NCBI GenBank assembly: GCA_965219085.1
Contig: OZ244720.1
Coordinates: forward strand, 1,952,001 to 2,016,000
DNA length: 64,000 nt
Direction of reading: 5' to 3'
From: Dehalococcoidia bacterium
Lineage (GTDB): Bacteria; Chloroflexota; Dehalococcoidia; UBA2979
Shown here: positions 20,909 through 30,087 of the stretch, piece by piece
How positions within the stretch are numbered: position 1 is the stretch's first letter
Layout: every line of letters starts with the position of its first letter
Translations under genes and position numbers: made by a program
Notes under the pieces: model-generated
The model's input: the letters and a program-made list of their open reading frames with translations, nothing else
The model's database searches: none
Told to the model about the DNA's origin: nothing

Positions 20909-21819
20909 GTCGGGTAAGGGGCTGGCGCGGTACGAGCCGTAGGCAGTGGCGCTTATCCCGCCGGTTTCCCGCCGGTGCTCACTTCCACGTGCCGTAGCCA
21001 ACGCCCGTTTCCAGCCCCTCCCCTTCGAACCGTGCATGCGGTTCTCCCGCACACGGCTCACCGACGTCCTTCACCGGATGGCATTCGGCCCCGCCCGCCA
21101 CGCACGCTCCACAACGTCCCTGCGGTGGACTTTGTCGTAGAGCGCGTGAAAACGTCGCTCGGCTCGGCCTTGGCCGCCCGGTAGAGCGTGTGCTGTAGTT
21201 CTCGGACCTTTTGCTCGGCGGTTCTAGCCACGACGGGCACTCGCCAATCCTTCCCCAAGCTACACGCGCAGACGAAGTAGCGGCCCTTCCCTCACCGGCG
21301 GTTCTGTTGTCCGCTCGGCTCAATCGGTACTATGGCCGCCTCCGACTCCCTCCCGGCCGGCTACCCACTTCCCGGTTCGTCACCGGTTATAGGGCACCTC
21401 GCTCCGGCACCAATCCGCAGGCGCCGGACCGGGGAGGGCCTCCCCAGTTCCCGCCGTCACCTTCCACACGTTCCGCGCCCTCTACGCCGGGAGGTTCTTC
21501 GGGGTTGCGCCTCCAGGCTCTTCACCCCTTCCATGGCCTTCGCCCTGACGGCCGGGGCTCGGCTCCTCCTTGTTCCCACCATGCGGTGGGTATGTTCACG
21601 ACGCGGCAGACTTCGCTTCATGCTGCGGACCGCGTGGTCGCTCCCCCTCAAGGGCTTTCGACATCGGGCTCCGGCCCGGCCCGTTTCCAGACCCGACCGC
21701 CGATCTGCTACCGGGCCCCCTGGCAGTTACCCGGACCGGACTTTCACCGGTAGGCGACGACGAGCATGTCTCCGGACTGATCAGATCATTCTGCACCGTC
21801 CTTCGACTTCAGGGCGCAC
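20909..21819 (-). mobile_element. Group II intron (911 nt) with internally deleted RT ORF
   Basis: 5' GTGCG; ggtgaaagtcc domain I motif; domain V gagccgtgtgcgggagaaccgcatgcacggttcg; domain VI ending ..cccttacccgAC. Confidence 0.92.
21071..21240 (-). pseudogene. Vestigial group II intron-encoded protein
   Basis: KVRELQHTLYRAAKAEP / RRFHALYDKVHRRDVVERAW (RT N-terminal region, one frameshift) joined directly to ..PNAIR* just before domain V; no YADD. Confidence 0.8.
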
Positions 21820-22999
21820 ACCGTCCCTCATAGAAGCTACCGCCCGCGCGACGAGCAGGAGCCACCCCCGGGCGGACGCAACCCGGATGTCGACTTCCGC
21901 GGGCGGCGGCGCAGCCGCGATACGCATAGCTCCGGCACCGACCCGCAGGCGCGGCTGTACACAAAGGGAGCGGGGCAGACGGCGAAACTCAGCTACATGG
22001 GCCATCTGCTGACCGAGAACCGTCACGGTCTGGTGCTGGACGTGGAGTTGACCGAGGCGAACGGGTACGCCGAGCGCGAGGCGGCGGTCACGATGCTGGA
22101 GCGCAGCGTGAGCGGCTGCGGGACGCTGGGCGCCGACCGCGGCTACGACACGCGCGACTTCGTGGCGGAACTGCGCGCGCGCGGCGTGACGCCGCACGTG
22201 GCGCAAAACGACCGCGGCCGCCGCAGCGCCGTGGACGGGCGCACCACGCGGCATCGCGGCTACAGGCAGAGTCAGAAGCGACGCAAGATCGTGGAGCAGG
22301 TCTTCGGCTGGATGAAGACCGTGGGCGGCGGGCGCAAGCTGCGTTTCGTGGGCCGCGAGCGCAACCGCGGCTGGCTGGAGCTCACCGCCGCCGCCTACAA
22401 CCTCGTGCGCATGGCCAGGCTCGAACTCGCCCCTGCGTAGGCGCAGTGCGCCCTCCGGCCGGTCCGGGAGCCCTCAGAGGCCCCCGGGGGCAGGTCAGGA
22501 GGCCACCATCACGAACCCGGAGGCGGCCTCAAGCCGCCTCTCGCCACTCCGAGACCCCGGAAGGGCGCTTCTTCAGCACCCTGCTAGGTACATCCGTTGC
22601 GACAACGGGCCAGAGCTCGCGGCGAACCCGCTACGCGACCTGGTGCCGGTTCTCCAGCACTGGCAGCAACTACACCGAGCCCGGTGCGCCGTGGGAGAAC
22701 CCGTATGTCGAATCGTTCAACGGCCCGCTGCGCGACGAGTTCCTGGCTGTCAAGCACTTCGACAGCCTGCTCGATGCGCAGGTACTGATCGAGGGCTGGC
22801 GGATCGAGTACGGCACGAGTCGCCCGCATCGTAGCCTGGGCTGGCTCACCCCGGCGGCCTACGTCGAGCGCTGGGAGGCTCCGCAACATGCTCGACTCTC
22901 ATAAGTGGTGGTCTCGCGAGGAGGGTCCGGTCATCGGCATGCGAAGAGGTGGATCGGGGCCACAAGGAAGTCGTGTGGAACTCGCCGTCGGACCCGAAC

Positions 23000-24406
23000 T
23001 TACCGAGTGGAACGTTCGAGGTTCGGCGTGAGATCCACCGCTGTAGCCGTGAGCGCCGAGTACTCGCACCCATCACTACAGGGAGTGGTTCTCTGCACCT
23101 CCATGGTGCCAGGATAGCCATCGTAGGTCTGCGGGCCGATGCCGCCGATGCGAGGAGAGCCCGTCACGAGCCCGACAAGTTGGAGCACCTCGTGGGCGGC
23201 GACGCTCATGCTGAATGGGAAGACGTTCCGGCCCGAGAGCGCGGCCTTCTCCTCGTCGCTGAGTCCTTCGATGTAGTCAGGGTCGTCGAGTTTCCCTTCA
23301 CGATCGAGGGCGACATCGCTGCGTCGCAATTGGCCGAGGCAGACCATGCAAGCGCGGCCCGGACCGACAGTGTGGATCCGCCAGGCGACGTGCTGCGGGA
23401 TCCCATCGGACTTCACCCGTGCCATGATCCCGCCATCGATGATGGGGATGAGGTGGCTGTAGGCGAGAGCGTTGAGCAGGTGCCGCGGCCACGGCCGGTC
23501 GACGCAGGAGATGAGGACGTCGCAGTCGAGTGCGGCCGCCAGTCCTGCTGGCGAAAGCAAGCTCTGTGGGAACGGGCGCAGCTCGAGTTCGGTGGCGGTC
23601 GAACTCAGAACGGCGTTGCGCGCCGCCAATTGGACCTTGAGGAGACCCGCTTCGACATCGGCCCCTGTGGCACCGACCGTTCGATCGAGGTTCCGAAGTT
23701 CGAGCTTGTCGAAATCGATGTACGTCAGGCGCCGCACACCCATGCGGGCCAGCGCCTCGGCGACGAGGCTCCCCACGCTTCCGAGCCCGACGATGCCGAC
23801 GCGCGTGCGTACGAGTTGCTGCTGTGCAACCTCGCCCCACACGCTCACCGTCGCGACTTGACTGGCGGTCACGGTCGCACGGGCCTCATCAGGGTGGTAC
23901 GAGGTGGAGAGTTCTGAGCCCACTACGCGGACCGACCGGGCCCCCCGGCGCTCGAAAGTGCGTGGCGCCCGGCGGATCCAGAACCGGCCGCTCCATGCCC
24001 CATCCAGCGCCCGTGTGAGCCCGACGAGCGGCAAGCCCGTGCGGCCGAACACGGCACCTGCAATCCGGTCGCGCTCGGCTACCACATCGTCGTGGCTCAT
24101 CCCCTGCCAGCCGGCGTGAGGGTGCCCGTGCAGGAAGGCGACACCGCAGCCCTCGGGGATGTCGGACAGCACTCGCCGCAGGTACTGAGAATGGAACGAC
24201 ACGTTGCCGTGGAGGACTCGGTCCCCAGCTTCGGGGAAGACCAGTTCTGTAATGACGGCCGTGTGGCGGTGCTGCCCGACACTCGGCTTCCAGTATGCGA
24301 AGGCCAGGTCTTCCTGGCGCGCATCCTCGTGGAGGTGCCCCCTGAGCACCTGGTCGTGGTCGGCCGTCATCGCCACCGAGAGATCGAGCGCGGTGGCGTC
24401 GATCAT
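23000..24406 (-). CDS. JAB/JAMM peptidase - ThiF/E1-like adenylyltransferase fusion
   Basis: N-terminal QEDLAFA..LHGHP..MSHDD (JAMM); C-terminal GIVGLGSVGS, DFDKLELRNLDR, SCVD..R, CMVC..CSDGC. Confidence 0.9.
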   Translation of the reverse strand: MIDATALDLSVAMTADHDQVLRGHLHEDARQEDLAFAYWKPSVGQHRHTAVITELVFPEAGDRVLHGNVSFHSQYLRRVLSDIPEGCGVAFLHGHPHAGWQGMSHDDVVAERDRIAGAVFGRTGLPLVGLTRALDGAWSGRFWIRRAPRTFERRGARSVRVVGSELSTSYHPDEARATVTASQVATVSVWGEVAQQQLVRTRVGIVGLGSVGSLVAEALARMGVRRLTYIDFDKLELRNLDRTVGATGADVEAGLLKVQLAARNAVLSSTATELELRPFPQSLLSPAGLAAALDCDVLISCVDRPWPRHLLNALAYSHLIPIIDGGIMARVKSDGIPQHVAWRIHTVGPGRACMVCLGQLRRSDVALDREGKLDDPDYIEGLSDEEKAALSGRNVFPFSMSVAAHEVLQLVGLVTGSPRIGGIGPQTYDGYPGTMEVQRTTPCSDGCEYSALTATAVDLTPNLERSTR

Positions 24407-24777
24407 GCCACTGGCCACCGGTCGTCGCAGAGGACAGTGAGAATGTGTGCCCAGAGGCCGCGCGGCGTCGGGCGGTGGTCGTAGCGCCGGCTCCAGTACA
24501 GTCAGTCGGGGCCGATCCCGCTCTCCATGGTCTTCAGCGGCTCGCTCCCGTCCATGGGGACTAGGTGAGGGCGGGTGTGGATGGCCGGCGGCACCACGTA
24601 GGGGGCCGCGTCGACACGCTGGATGGCGACATCGCAGCGCCGACCGCGCAAGGCACCGCTCGGCAGTTCGAAGTCGCGAACCACCGAGTAGTTGTTCCCG
24701 TCGTCGCCGCTGAGAACCTCAGCGGTGAGACCGAGGCCCCGGACGTATTCCTCGAAGTCGTCGGCGGTCATCGTCAC
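24403..24777 (-). CDS. Prokaryotic E2-like protein, with in-frame TGA at 24504-24502
   Basis: DFELPSG..DVAI..PYVVPPAIH..GPD*LYWSRRYD..LWAHILTVL; start and stop overlap the Ubl and E1 genes. Confidence 0.65.
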
Positions 24778-25058
24778 GAGACGGGTGTCGCGCCCTTGAA
24801 CGTGGCCGTGAACTCCTCGCCGGACTCGACGGGGACGGGCTTGTCTGCGGACTCGAAGTGGTGCTGATCGGAGTCGCGGGTGAGTTCGTACTCCTCGACG
24901 GGGGTGAAGCCGGCGCTCGCGAGGATCTCACCCACCGTCAGGGTGAACGGCTCGCGATCGGGGGGCTTCTGGTAGGCGTGCGTGACCTCCTCGCCGTTCA
25001 CGAAGTACTTGATGACTTCCTCCCCGGCACCCGGCCGGGCCACAACTTCCTGCGTCAC
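24774..25058 (-). CDS. Ubiquitin-like (multi-ubiquitin family) beta-grasp protein
   Basis: RBS gaggag + GTG; KYFVNGE..LTVGEILASAG..YELTR..VPVESGEEF..KGATPVS. Confidence 0.75.
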   Translation of the reverse strand: MTQEVVARPGAGEEVIKYFVNGEEVTHAYQKPPDREPFTLTVGEILASAGFTPVEEYELTRDSDQHHFESADKPVPVESGEEFTATFKGATPVS

Positions 25059-25146
25059 GGGTATGCTCCTCGTGAACTGCTCTACCGCGCGCCAGAGATG
25101 TAGCGTGCTGCCGTAGGTGACAAGCGTTGATCGAACCTGATACTTT

Positions 25147-25163
25147 GTCAACTGTGGGTTGAC
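25147..25163. promoter_or_regulatory. Palindrome GTCAAC-N5-GTTGAC: back-to-back -35-like boxes / candidate operator
   Basis: Lies in the 159-bp gap between the divergent Ubl operon and the XRE regulator. Confidence 0.5.
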
Positions 25164-25217
25164 CACGAGGCGTCAGGCCTCGCAGTTGGCAAGAGGGCAA
25201 CATCGGGAGGTGCCGCG

Positions 25218-26375
25218 ATGCTGGGCGAACGGCTACGCCAGGCAAGACTGGCGGCAGGGCTATCGCTGGAGGGCCTCGCCGAACGGCTGGAGCGACCGCT
25301 TACCAAGCAGGCGCTGTCGAAGTACGAACGCGGCCTGTCGCAGCCGCCCCCGAGCCGAATCGCAGACCTCGCAGCGGCGCTCAACGTGCGGACATCGTCG
25401 CTGCTCGCGGAAGCTGATGTCGAGATCAAGTGGGTCGCCTACCGGAAGCTCCAGCGGCTGAGCAAGTCCCGACAAACGCAGGTCACGGCCGTCGCGACGC
25501 AACGACTCGAGAGCGAGGTCAGGCTCCGAGAGCTGTTCCATCTCGCCGACCGCCACGACCTGCCGGGCCCGATTGAGGTCCGCCACATCCACGACTGCGA
25601 CGCCGCGGCAGCGCACTTACGGATGCTCTGGAACCTCGGGGACCGCCCCGTCGATAGCCTTATCGAACAGATCGAGGAGCACGGGTGTGCGGTCGTGACC
25701 TGGCCGGAGGAGTGGGGCTTCGACGGGCTCTCGGGGTGGGCGAACCAGACGCCTGTGCTCGTGCTCAACGAGGCAGCGCCACCGGATCGCTTCCGCTTCA
25801 ACGCGGCGCATGAGATAGGCCATCTCGTCATGAAGAGCACAGGCGATGCGAAGATCGATGAGGCGTTCGCACACCGCTTCGCAGCTTCCTTTCTCGTGCC
25901 GGCCGAGGCGGCTCGCCGTGAACTTGGTCAGCGGCGCCGGGGACTCGACATGGACGAACTGGGCCTCCTCAAGCAGCGGTGGGGCCTGAGCATGCAGGCT
26001 TGGATTCGCCGCGCGCACGACCTCGAGATCATCAGCGCTCAGCTGTACCGTCGACTGAACATGCGGTTCCGTCGGGAGGGATGGCACCGCAAGGAACCGG
26101 TCGAGTACGCGGGAACTGAGTCGCCAACACTGCTTAGGCGACTCGTGCTGCGCGCGCTGACCGAGCGGATGATCACATCCGAGGAGGCAGATCGCTTCTA
26201 CCCGGGCTCCTCAAGGGATGCCCCGCAGGGGCCGTCCGGTCGTTCCTCGCTGCGAGACCTCGCCAAGCGGCCGATTGAGGAACGCCACCAAGCGATTCGC
26301 GCAGCTCGGATCACAGTCGACGCCGATGAGACCGAGGCGTGGGACGAGACTGTGGGCGACGGTCTCGAGGAGTGA
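25218..26375 (+). CDS. XRE HTH - ImmA/IrrE metallopeptidase fusion with acidic antitoxin-like C-tail
   Basis: LGERLRQARLAAGLSLEGLA..ALSKYERG; RFRFNAAHEIGH; tail EAWDETVGDGLEE. Confidence 0.9.
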   Translation: MLGERLRQARLAAGLSLEGLAERLERPLTKQALSKYERGLSQPPPSRIADLAAALNVRTSSLLAEADVEIKWVAYRKLQRLSKSRQTQVTAVATQRLESEVRLRELFHLADRHDLPGPIEVRHIHDCDAAAAHLRMLWNLGDRPVDSLIEQIEEHGCAVVTWPEEWGFDGLSGWANQTPVLVLNEAAPPDRFRFNAAHEIGHLVMKSTGDAKIDEAFAHRFAASFLVPAEAARRELGQRRRGLDMDELGLLKQRWGLSMQAWIRRAHDLEIISAQLYRRLNMRFRREGWHRKEPVEYAGTESPTLLRRLVLRALTERMITSEEADRFYPGSSRDAPQGPSGRSSLRDLAKRPIEERHQAIRAARITVDADETEAWDETVGDGLEE

Positions 26376-26746
26376 GCGGATCGGAGTCGGCAACCGTGCC
26401 GCCGACGCGCGGCGAGGTCTGGCTGGTCCGCCTGCCGCGTGCGGTGGGTGCTGAGCTTCAACGGGTGCGTCCAGCGGTGATCGTGAACTCCCCTGCGTTT
26501 GATGCGGTGCCGGTCCGCATCGTCGTGCCGCTCACGACGTGGCTCGCCGAGTTCACCGGGAGCAGCAACAAACTCCTGATCGAGGCGAGCGAACGAAGTG
26601 GCTTGGACGCGGACTCTGCAGCCGACTTCCTGCAGGTCCGCAGCGTGTCGGTGGAGCGACTCGTGCAACGGCTTGGGGGGCTGGATGCGGATCTCGTCGA
26701 GGAGATCGTCGCCGGCATCGCGATCGCCCTCGACTACCAGCCGTGA
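26372..26746 (+). CDS. PemK/MazF-family toxin
   Basis: RGEVWLVRL..GAELQRVRPAVIV..IVVPLTT..QVRSVSVERL; GTGA overlap with the upstream gene. Confidence 0.92.
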   Translation: MSGSESATVPPTRGEVWLVRLPRAVGAELQRVRPAVIVNSPAFDAVPVRIVVPLTTWLAEFTGSSNKLLIEASERSGLDADSAADFLQVRSVSVERLVQRLGGLDADLVEEIVAGIAIALDYQP

Positions 26747-26822
26747 ACAGGCCAGCAAGGTCAGACGTCAGCTCACCGTTCCCACCGCAGAACACCGTCT
26801 GGCCCAGGCTCACCTCAGGCTC

Positions 26823-27800
26823 TTACGTCGCGGCAGTTGCGCCGTCACGACCAGCGGCACACGCTCGATTTGGTCGGTTCTGAACAGTGATACCCATGTT
26901 CGTGCAATGGTGAGAAAAATCCTCACCAAATCTACCTATTTCGTGCGGGATCATGCCCTCAAGCGCGCCTGACGCTCCGTCGTCGGTTTTCTCGATCGTG
27001 ACGGAGATCTGCATCGCCTCGGCGACATTCTTGAGCCGACCCGCCTCGATTTCCTCCTCGACGCGCTCCCGGAGCGCCTCGCACGTGGCGGCGAACTCGT
27101 CGGGGTTCGCGGGAGTGCGGGGCGCCGAACCAGAGCCGTTCAGTCGAGCGATGGTTACCTCGGCCGGCGAGCGGCGGGTGCGAATGACCTCGAGTTCCTT
27201 CTGCAGGTACGCCTCATCGATCTCGCCCATCTGGAAGAGCTTGAGCACCCGCTGTCGCTGATTGTCGAGCGACGCGAGGAGTTGCTGAGCCGCGGTCAGG
27301 TCGTCATCGCGCGCGTCGTCTGACGACGCATGCTCAAGCTCTGCCAGCACGACCTCCGGCGATGCAAGAACCGTTGTGAGCTCGCGCGCCACCGCGCGCT
27401 CGGGGTCACCCGCGCGGACGTAGCGCGTCGGACAGCGGTCGTGACGCGGACCGGCGTAGGCCCGGCGGCAGAGGTAGTAGCGGTACTTGCCCATCGATGT
27501 CTGGCCAACCATCGCCCCGTTGCAGCGGGCGCAGCGCATGAAGCTGCCAAGCGGGTAGTCGTTCTTGCGCTGCGCCTGGCGTCGCCGCTCGGGGTCCAGG
27601 AGCCGCGTCTGCGCCGCGTTGAACAGCTCCTCGGAGATGACCGCCGGCGTCGCGTCGGGTACCTCGATCCACTCGGACTCGTCCCTCAGTTCGACGATAC
27701 GGCGGCGCTTCCCCGCTGACGGGGTCTCGCCGGTGCCGGGTCTTCGTGCGCTTGAAGATGGTGCGCCGGGCGTCCCCCGGGTTGCGCAGCATGTTCAGCA
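26823..27800 (-). pseudogene. Large serine recombinase, C-terminal part only (recombinase domain end, Zn ribbon, coiled coil)
   Basis: MLRNP.., PAVISEELFNAAQ, MRCARCNGAM..YRYYLC..C, coiled coil; catalytic domain absent. Confidence 0.8.
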
Positions 27801-27987
27801 CGGATGCGTCGAGGCGGGCGAGCGCGGCCTCGACCGTGGCGACATCCGCGGCGACGTCGCCCGAGAGCCCGAACTCGCGGCCCGCGAGCGGGTCCGGCAG
27901 GTATGCGTCGTAGTTGCAGGGCTGCCGGTCGCGGTAGGTTTGCCCGGTCGGGCTCCCGCGCCACTGGCGGCGGTCGTAACCGGCCAT
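27801..27987 (-). pseudogene. Fic-family protein N-terminal fragment
   Basis: YDAYLPDPL..DVATVEAALARLD resembles Fic N-termini; fused to the recombinase remnant. Confidence 0.55.
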
Positions 27988-28183
27988 CTTCACCCTCCCC
28001 TGCGGCGTAACCTCCTACATGTGACGATGTTGTTGGCGGTTCGGGTAGTGCGGGCGACCTCCGCCGGGTACCCGCAGTGCGAGGTCGAGCGCCCGCCAGG
28101 CGCGGTGCGGGAGTTGGACTGCTCGCCCCTGAGGGATGACGCGGCGTATTGGCAACATCTGCCAAACCTGCGAGCGCAGCAAC

Positions 28184-28423
28184 ATGAGCACGATGACCGT
28201 ATCGCTCCCCGAGGCCCTCAAGTCCTTCGTGGACCAGCAGGTCAGCGCCCGCGGCTACAGCTCGTCAAGCGAGTACGTCCGCGAGTTGATCCGCAAGGAC
28301 CAGGATCGCCAGCGCCTGCGCGGTCTGCTCCTCGAAGGCGCGTCGTCGTCGCCGGCGGTCACCGCCGGTGCGGACTACTTCGGACGGCTTCGCGATCGCG
28401 TCCGTGAAGCCCGACAGCGGTGA
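28184..28423 (+). CDS. ParD-like (RHH) antitoxin
   Basis: MSTMTVSLPEALKSFVDQQV..GYSSSSEYVRELIRKDQ. Confidence 0.9.
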   Translation: MSTMTVSLPEALKSFVDQQVSARGYSSSSEYVRELIRKDQDRQRLRGLLLEGASSSPAVTAGADYFGRLRDRVREARQR

Positions 28424-28545
28424 GCGAGAACCAATCGTCCTTCGCGAGCGGGCGGGGCGGGATGTCGACGAGGCCGTCAATAACTGTCTGGCCGAGGCGC
28501 CAGCGGCGGTTGCGGTGGCCTTCATCGACGCCTCAGAACGAGAGC
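28420..28545 (+). pseudogene. ParE/RelE toxin N-terminal remnant
   Basis: PIVLRERAGRDVDEAV..AVAFIDA, truncated just before the IS256. Confidence 0.65.
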
Positions 28546-28563
28546 TCCAGATACAACCTGGCG

Positions 28564-29989
28564 GGAGATATCGTCAAGAGTTGTGGATCGCTGATCGGAG
28601 AGATCAGGCGGCGTACCTCCCGTGAGTTGCTTCGTTGCTCCCGTCCGGGCTGACCGGTCGCTCGTGTAGCACCCCGCCGGCGAAGACGCCGCCGGCCCGG
28701 ACGACGGCGACGAGCTGGGGTGCGTTCACCCGCCGCCAGCGCTGTTGCGCCGCGTCGAGCAGCTTGTAGGCCATCGCCAGCCCCGCTGACCGCGAGCCCG
28801 CGCCCTTCGTGACACGCTGGCGCAGCCGCACCGTGGCGAAGGTGGACTCGATCGGGTTCGTCGTGCGCAGGTGCACGTGGTGCTCGGCGGGGAAGTCGCG
28901 GAACGCCAGCAGCCGTTCGAGGTCGTCTGTGACCTTCGCCGTCGCCTTCGGCCACTGCGCGAACTGCTCGCCGAAGGCGCGCGCCGCAGCGAGCGCCTCG
29001 GCGCGCGTCGCCGCGCCAGACACCGCGTGCAGCTTCCGCTTCGCCTCCCCCTGCACGCGTTCGGGCAGCGCCGCCAGTACGTTCTGGGTCTTGTGCACCC
29101 AGCAGCGCTGCTCGCGCGTGCGGGGGAAGACCTCCCTGAGCGCCGCCCAGAAGCCGAGCGCCCCCTCCGCCGATGGCCAGCTCGGGGTCGCGCATGCCGC
29201 GCTCGCGCAGCTCCCGCAGCAGGTCGAGCCAGGACTGCGTGTCCTCGCGGTAGCCGTCCTGCACGGCCACGAGTTCCGTGCGGCCGTCGGGCCGTACGCC
29301 CACCAGCACCAGGCAGCAGAGCCGGTCCTCCTCGAGGCGCACGTTGAAGTGCACGCCGTCCGACCAGAGGTAGACGTAGTCGACCGCGGCGAGGCTGCAC
29401 CGCCGCCAGCACTCGTGCTCCGCCTGCCACGCCTCGCTGAGCCTGCTCACGGTCGAGGCGGAGAGGCCCGCCTCCGAGCCGAAGCAGGCCGACAGCGCCG
29501 GCACGAAGTCGCCCGTCGAGAGCCCGCGCAGGTAGAGCAGCGGCAGCACCTCGGTCACCTTCGGCGAGCGCCGCATGTAGGGCGGCAGGAGCGCCGAGAT
29601 GTAGCGCTCCCCGTCGCGGCGGTCATCGATGCGCGGCGCCTGCACGGCGATGCGGCCCGCGGCGGTCGTGATCTCTCTCGCGCGGGCGTGGCCGTTGCCC
29701 ACGACGAGCCGCCGCCCTTCCTCATCGACGGCGGCGGCGTAACGCTCGAGGTAGGCCTGGCGCTCGGCCTCCAGCGCCACCGCGAGCATCTCCAGGGCGG
29801 CCAGGCGGCAGAGCTCGTCCAGGCCGACCTGCGGCCCGGGTCTCCCTTCGCGCTCGCCTCCCTCATGCACTACCCTCAACATCCGGCGTACTCCTCCCGG
29901 CCGGCTTCCTCCGGCCACCTGCTACTGGACTCAGGGAGGGTACGCCTCCTCTCGCTCCTGGCTCATCCACAACTTTCGGGTATACCTCC
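28564..29989 (-). mobile_element. Second IS256-family element; transposase 28604-29882 with frameshift near 29165
   Basis: TIRs ending ..agttgtggat / atccacaact..; GNGHAR, YLWSDGV, HKTQNV, RTTNPIESTF. Confidence 0.9.
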
Positions 29990-30087
29990 TGACATGCGGC
30001 TGATGGTGGTGCGTGTGTCAACGAACTTGCAATCCGGGACACTAGATGACCGTCGGCGGCCGGTACTTCCCGAAGAGGCCTCGCTCC

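Larger units (their letters stand above)
19384..21834 (+). mobile_element. IS110-family (IS1111 group) element
   Basis: Subterminal IRs atgagggccggt / accgtccctcat, 7 nt and 3 nt from the ends; AG core at both junctions; long 3' non-coding end. Confidence 0.9.
18913..22440 (+). pseudogene. IS5-family transposase split into 18913-19383 and 21835-22440
   Basis: ..VDGTLLEAWASLK | SYRPRDEQ..GHLLTENRHG..GADRGYD..IVEQVFGWMK rejoins in frame. Confidence 0.9.
18839..22583 (+). mobile_element. IS5-family element, CTAG TSD, interrupted by IS110
   Basis: TIRs cagggtgctgaa / ttcagcaccctg; CTAG at 18835-18838 and 22584-22587. Confidence 0.92.
18620..22933 (+). mobile_element. Degenerate IS3-family remnant (orfB 3' part + right end) split by the IS5 insertion
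   Basis: ~18620-18838 and 22588-22933 align by eye with the intact IS3 at ~52385-52944, ending ..gggtccggtca. Confidence 0.85.

Noticed and set aside
21071-21240. Retron or DGR reverse transcriptase
   Set aside because: No catalytic RT motifs, and it is flanked by clear group II intron domains.
23000-24406. ThiF/MoeB cofactor-biosynthesis gene or CBASS Cap2/Cap3
   Set aside because: No thiamine/Moco genes and no CD-NTase nearby; the Ubl and E2-like neighbours fit a conjugation operon better.
24502-24504. Alternative genetic code or selenocysteine at the TGA
   Set aside because: Many clear genes here end in TGA, and the context suggests Trp rather than Cys; mutation or error is simpler.
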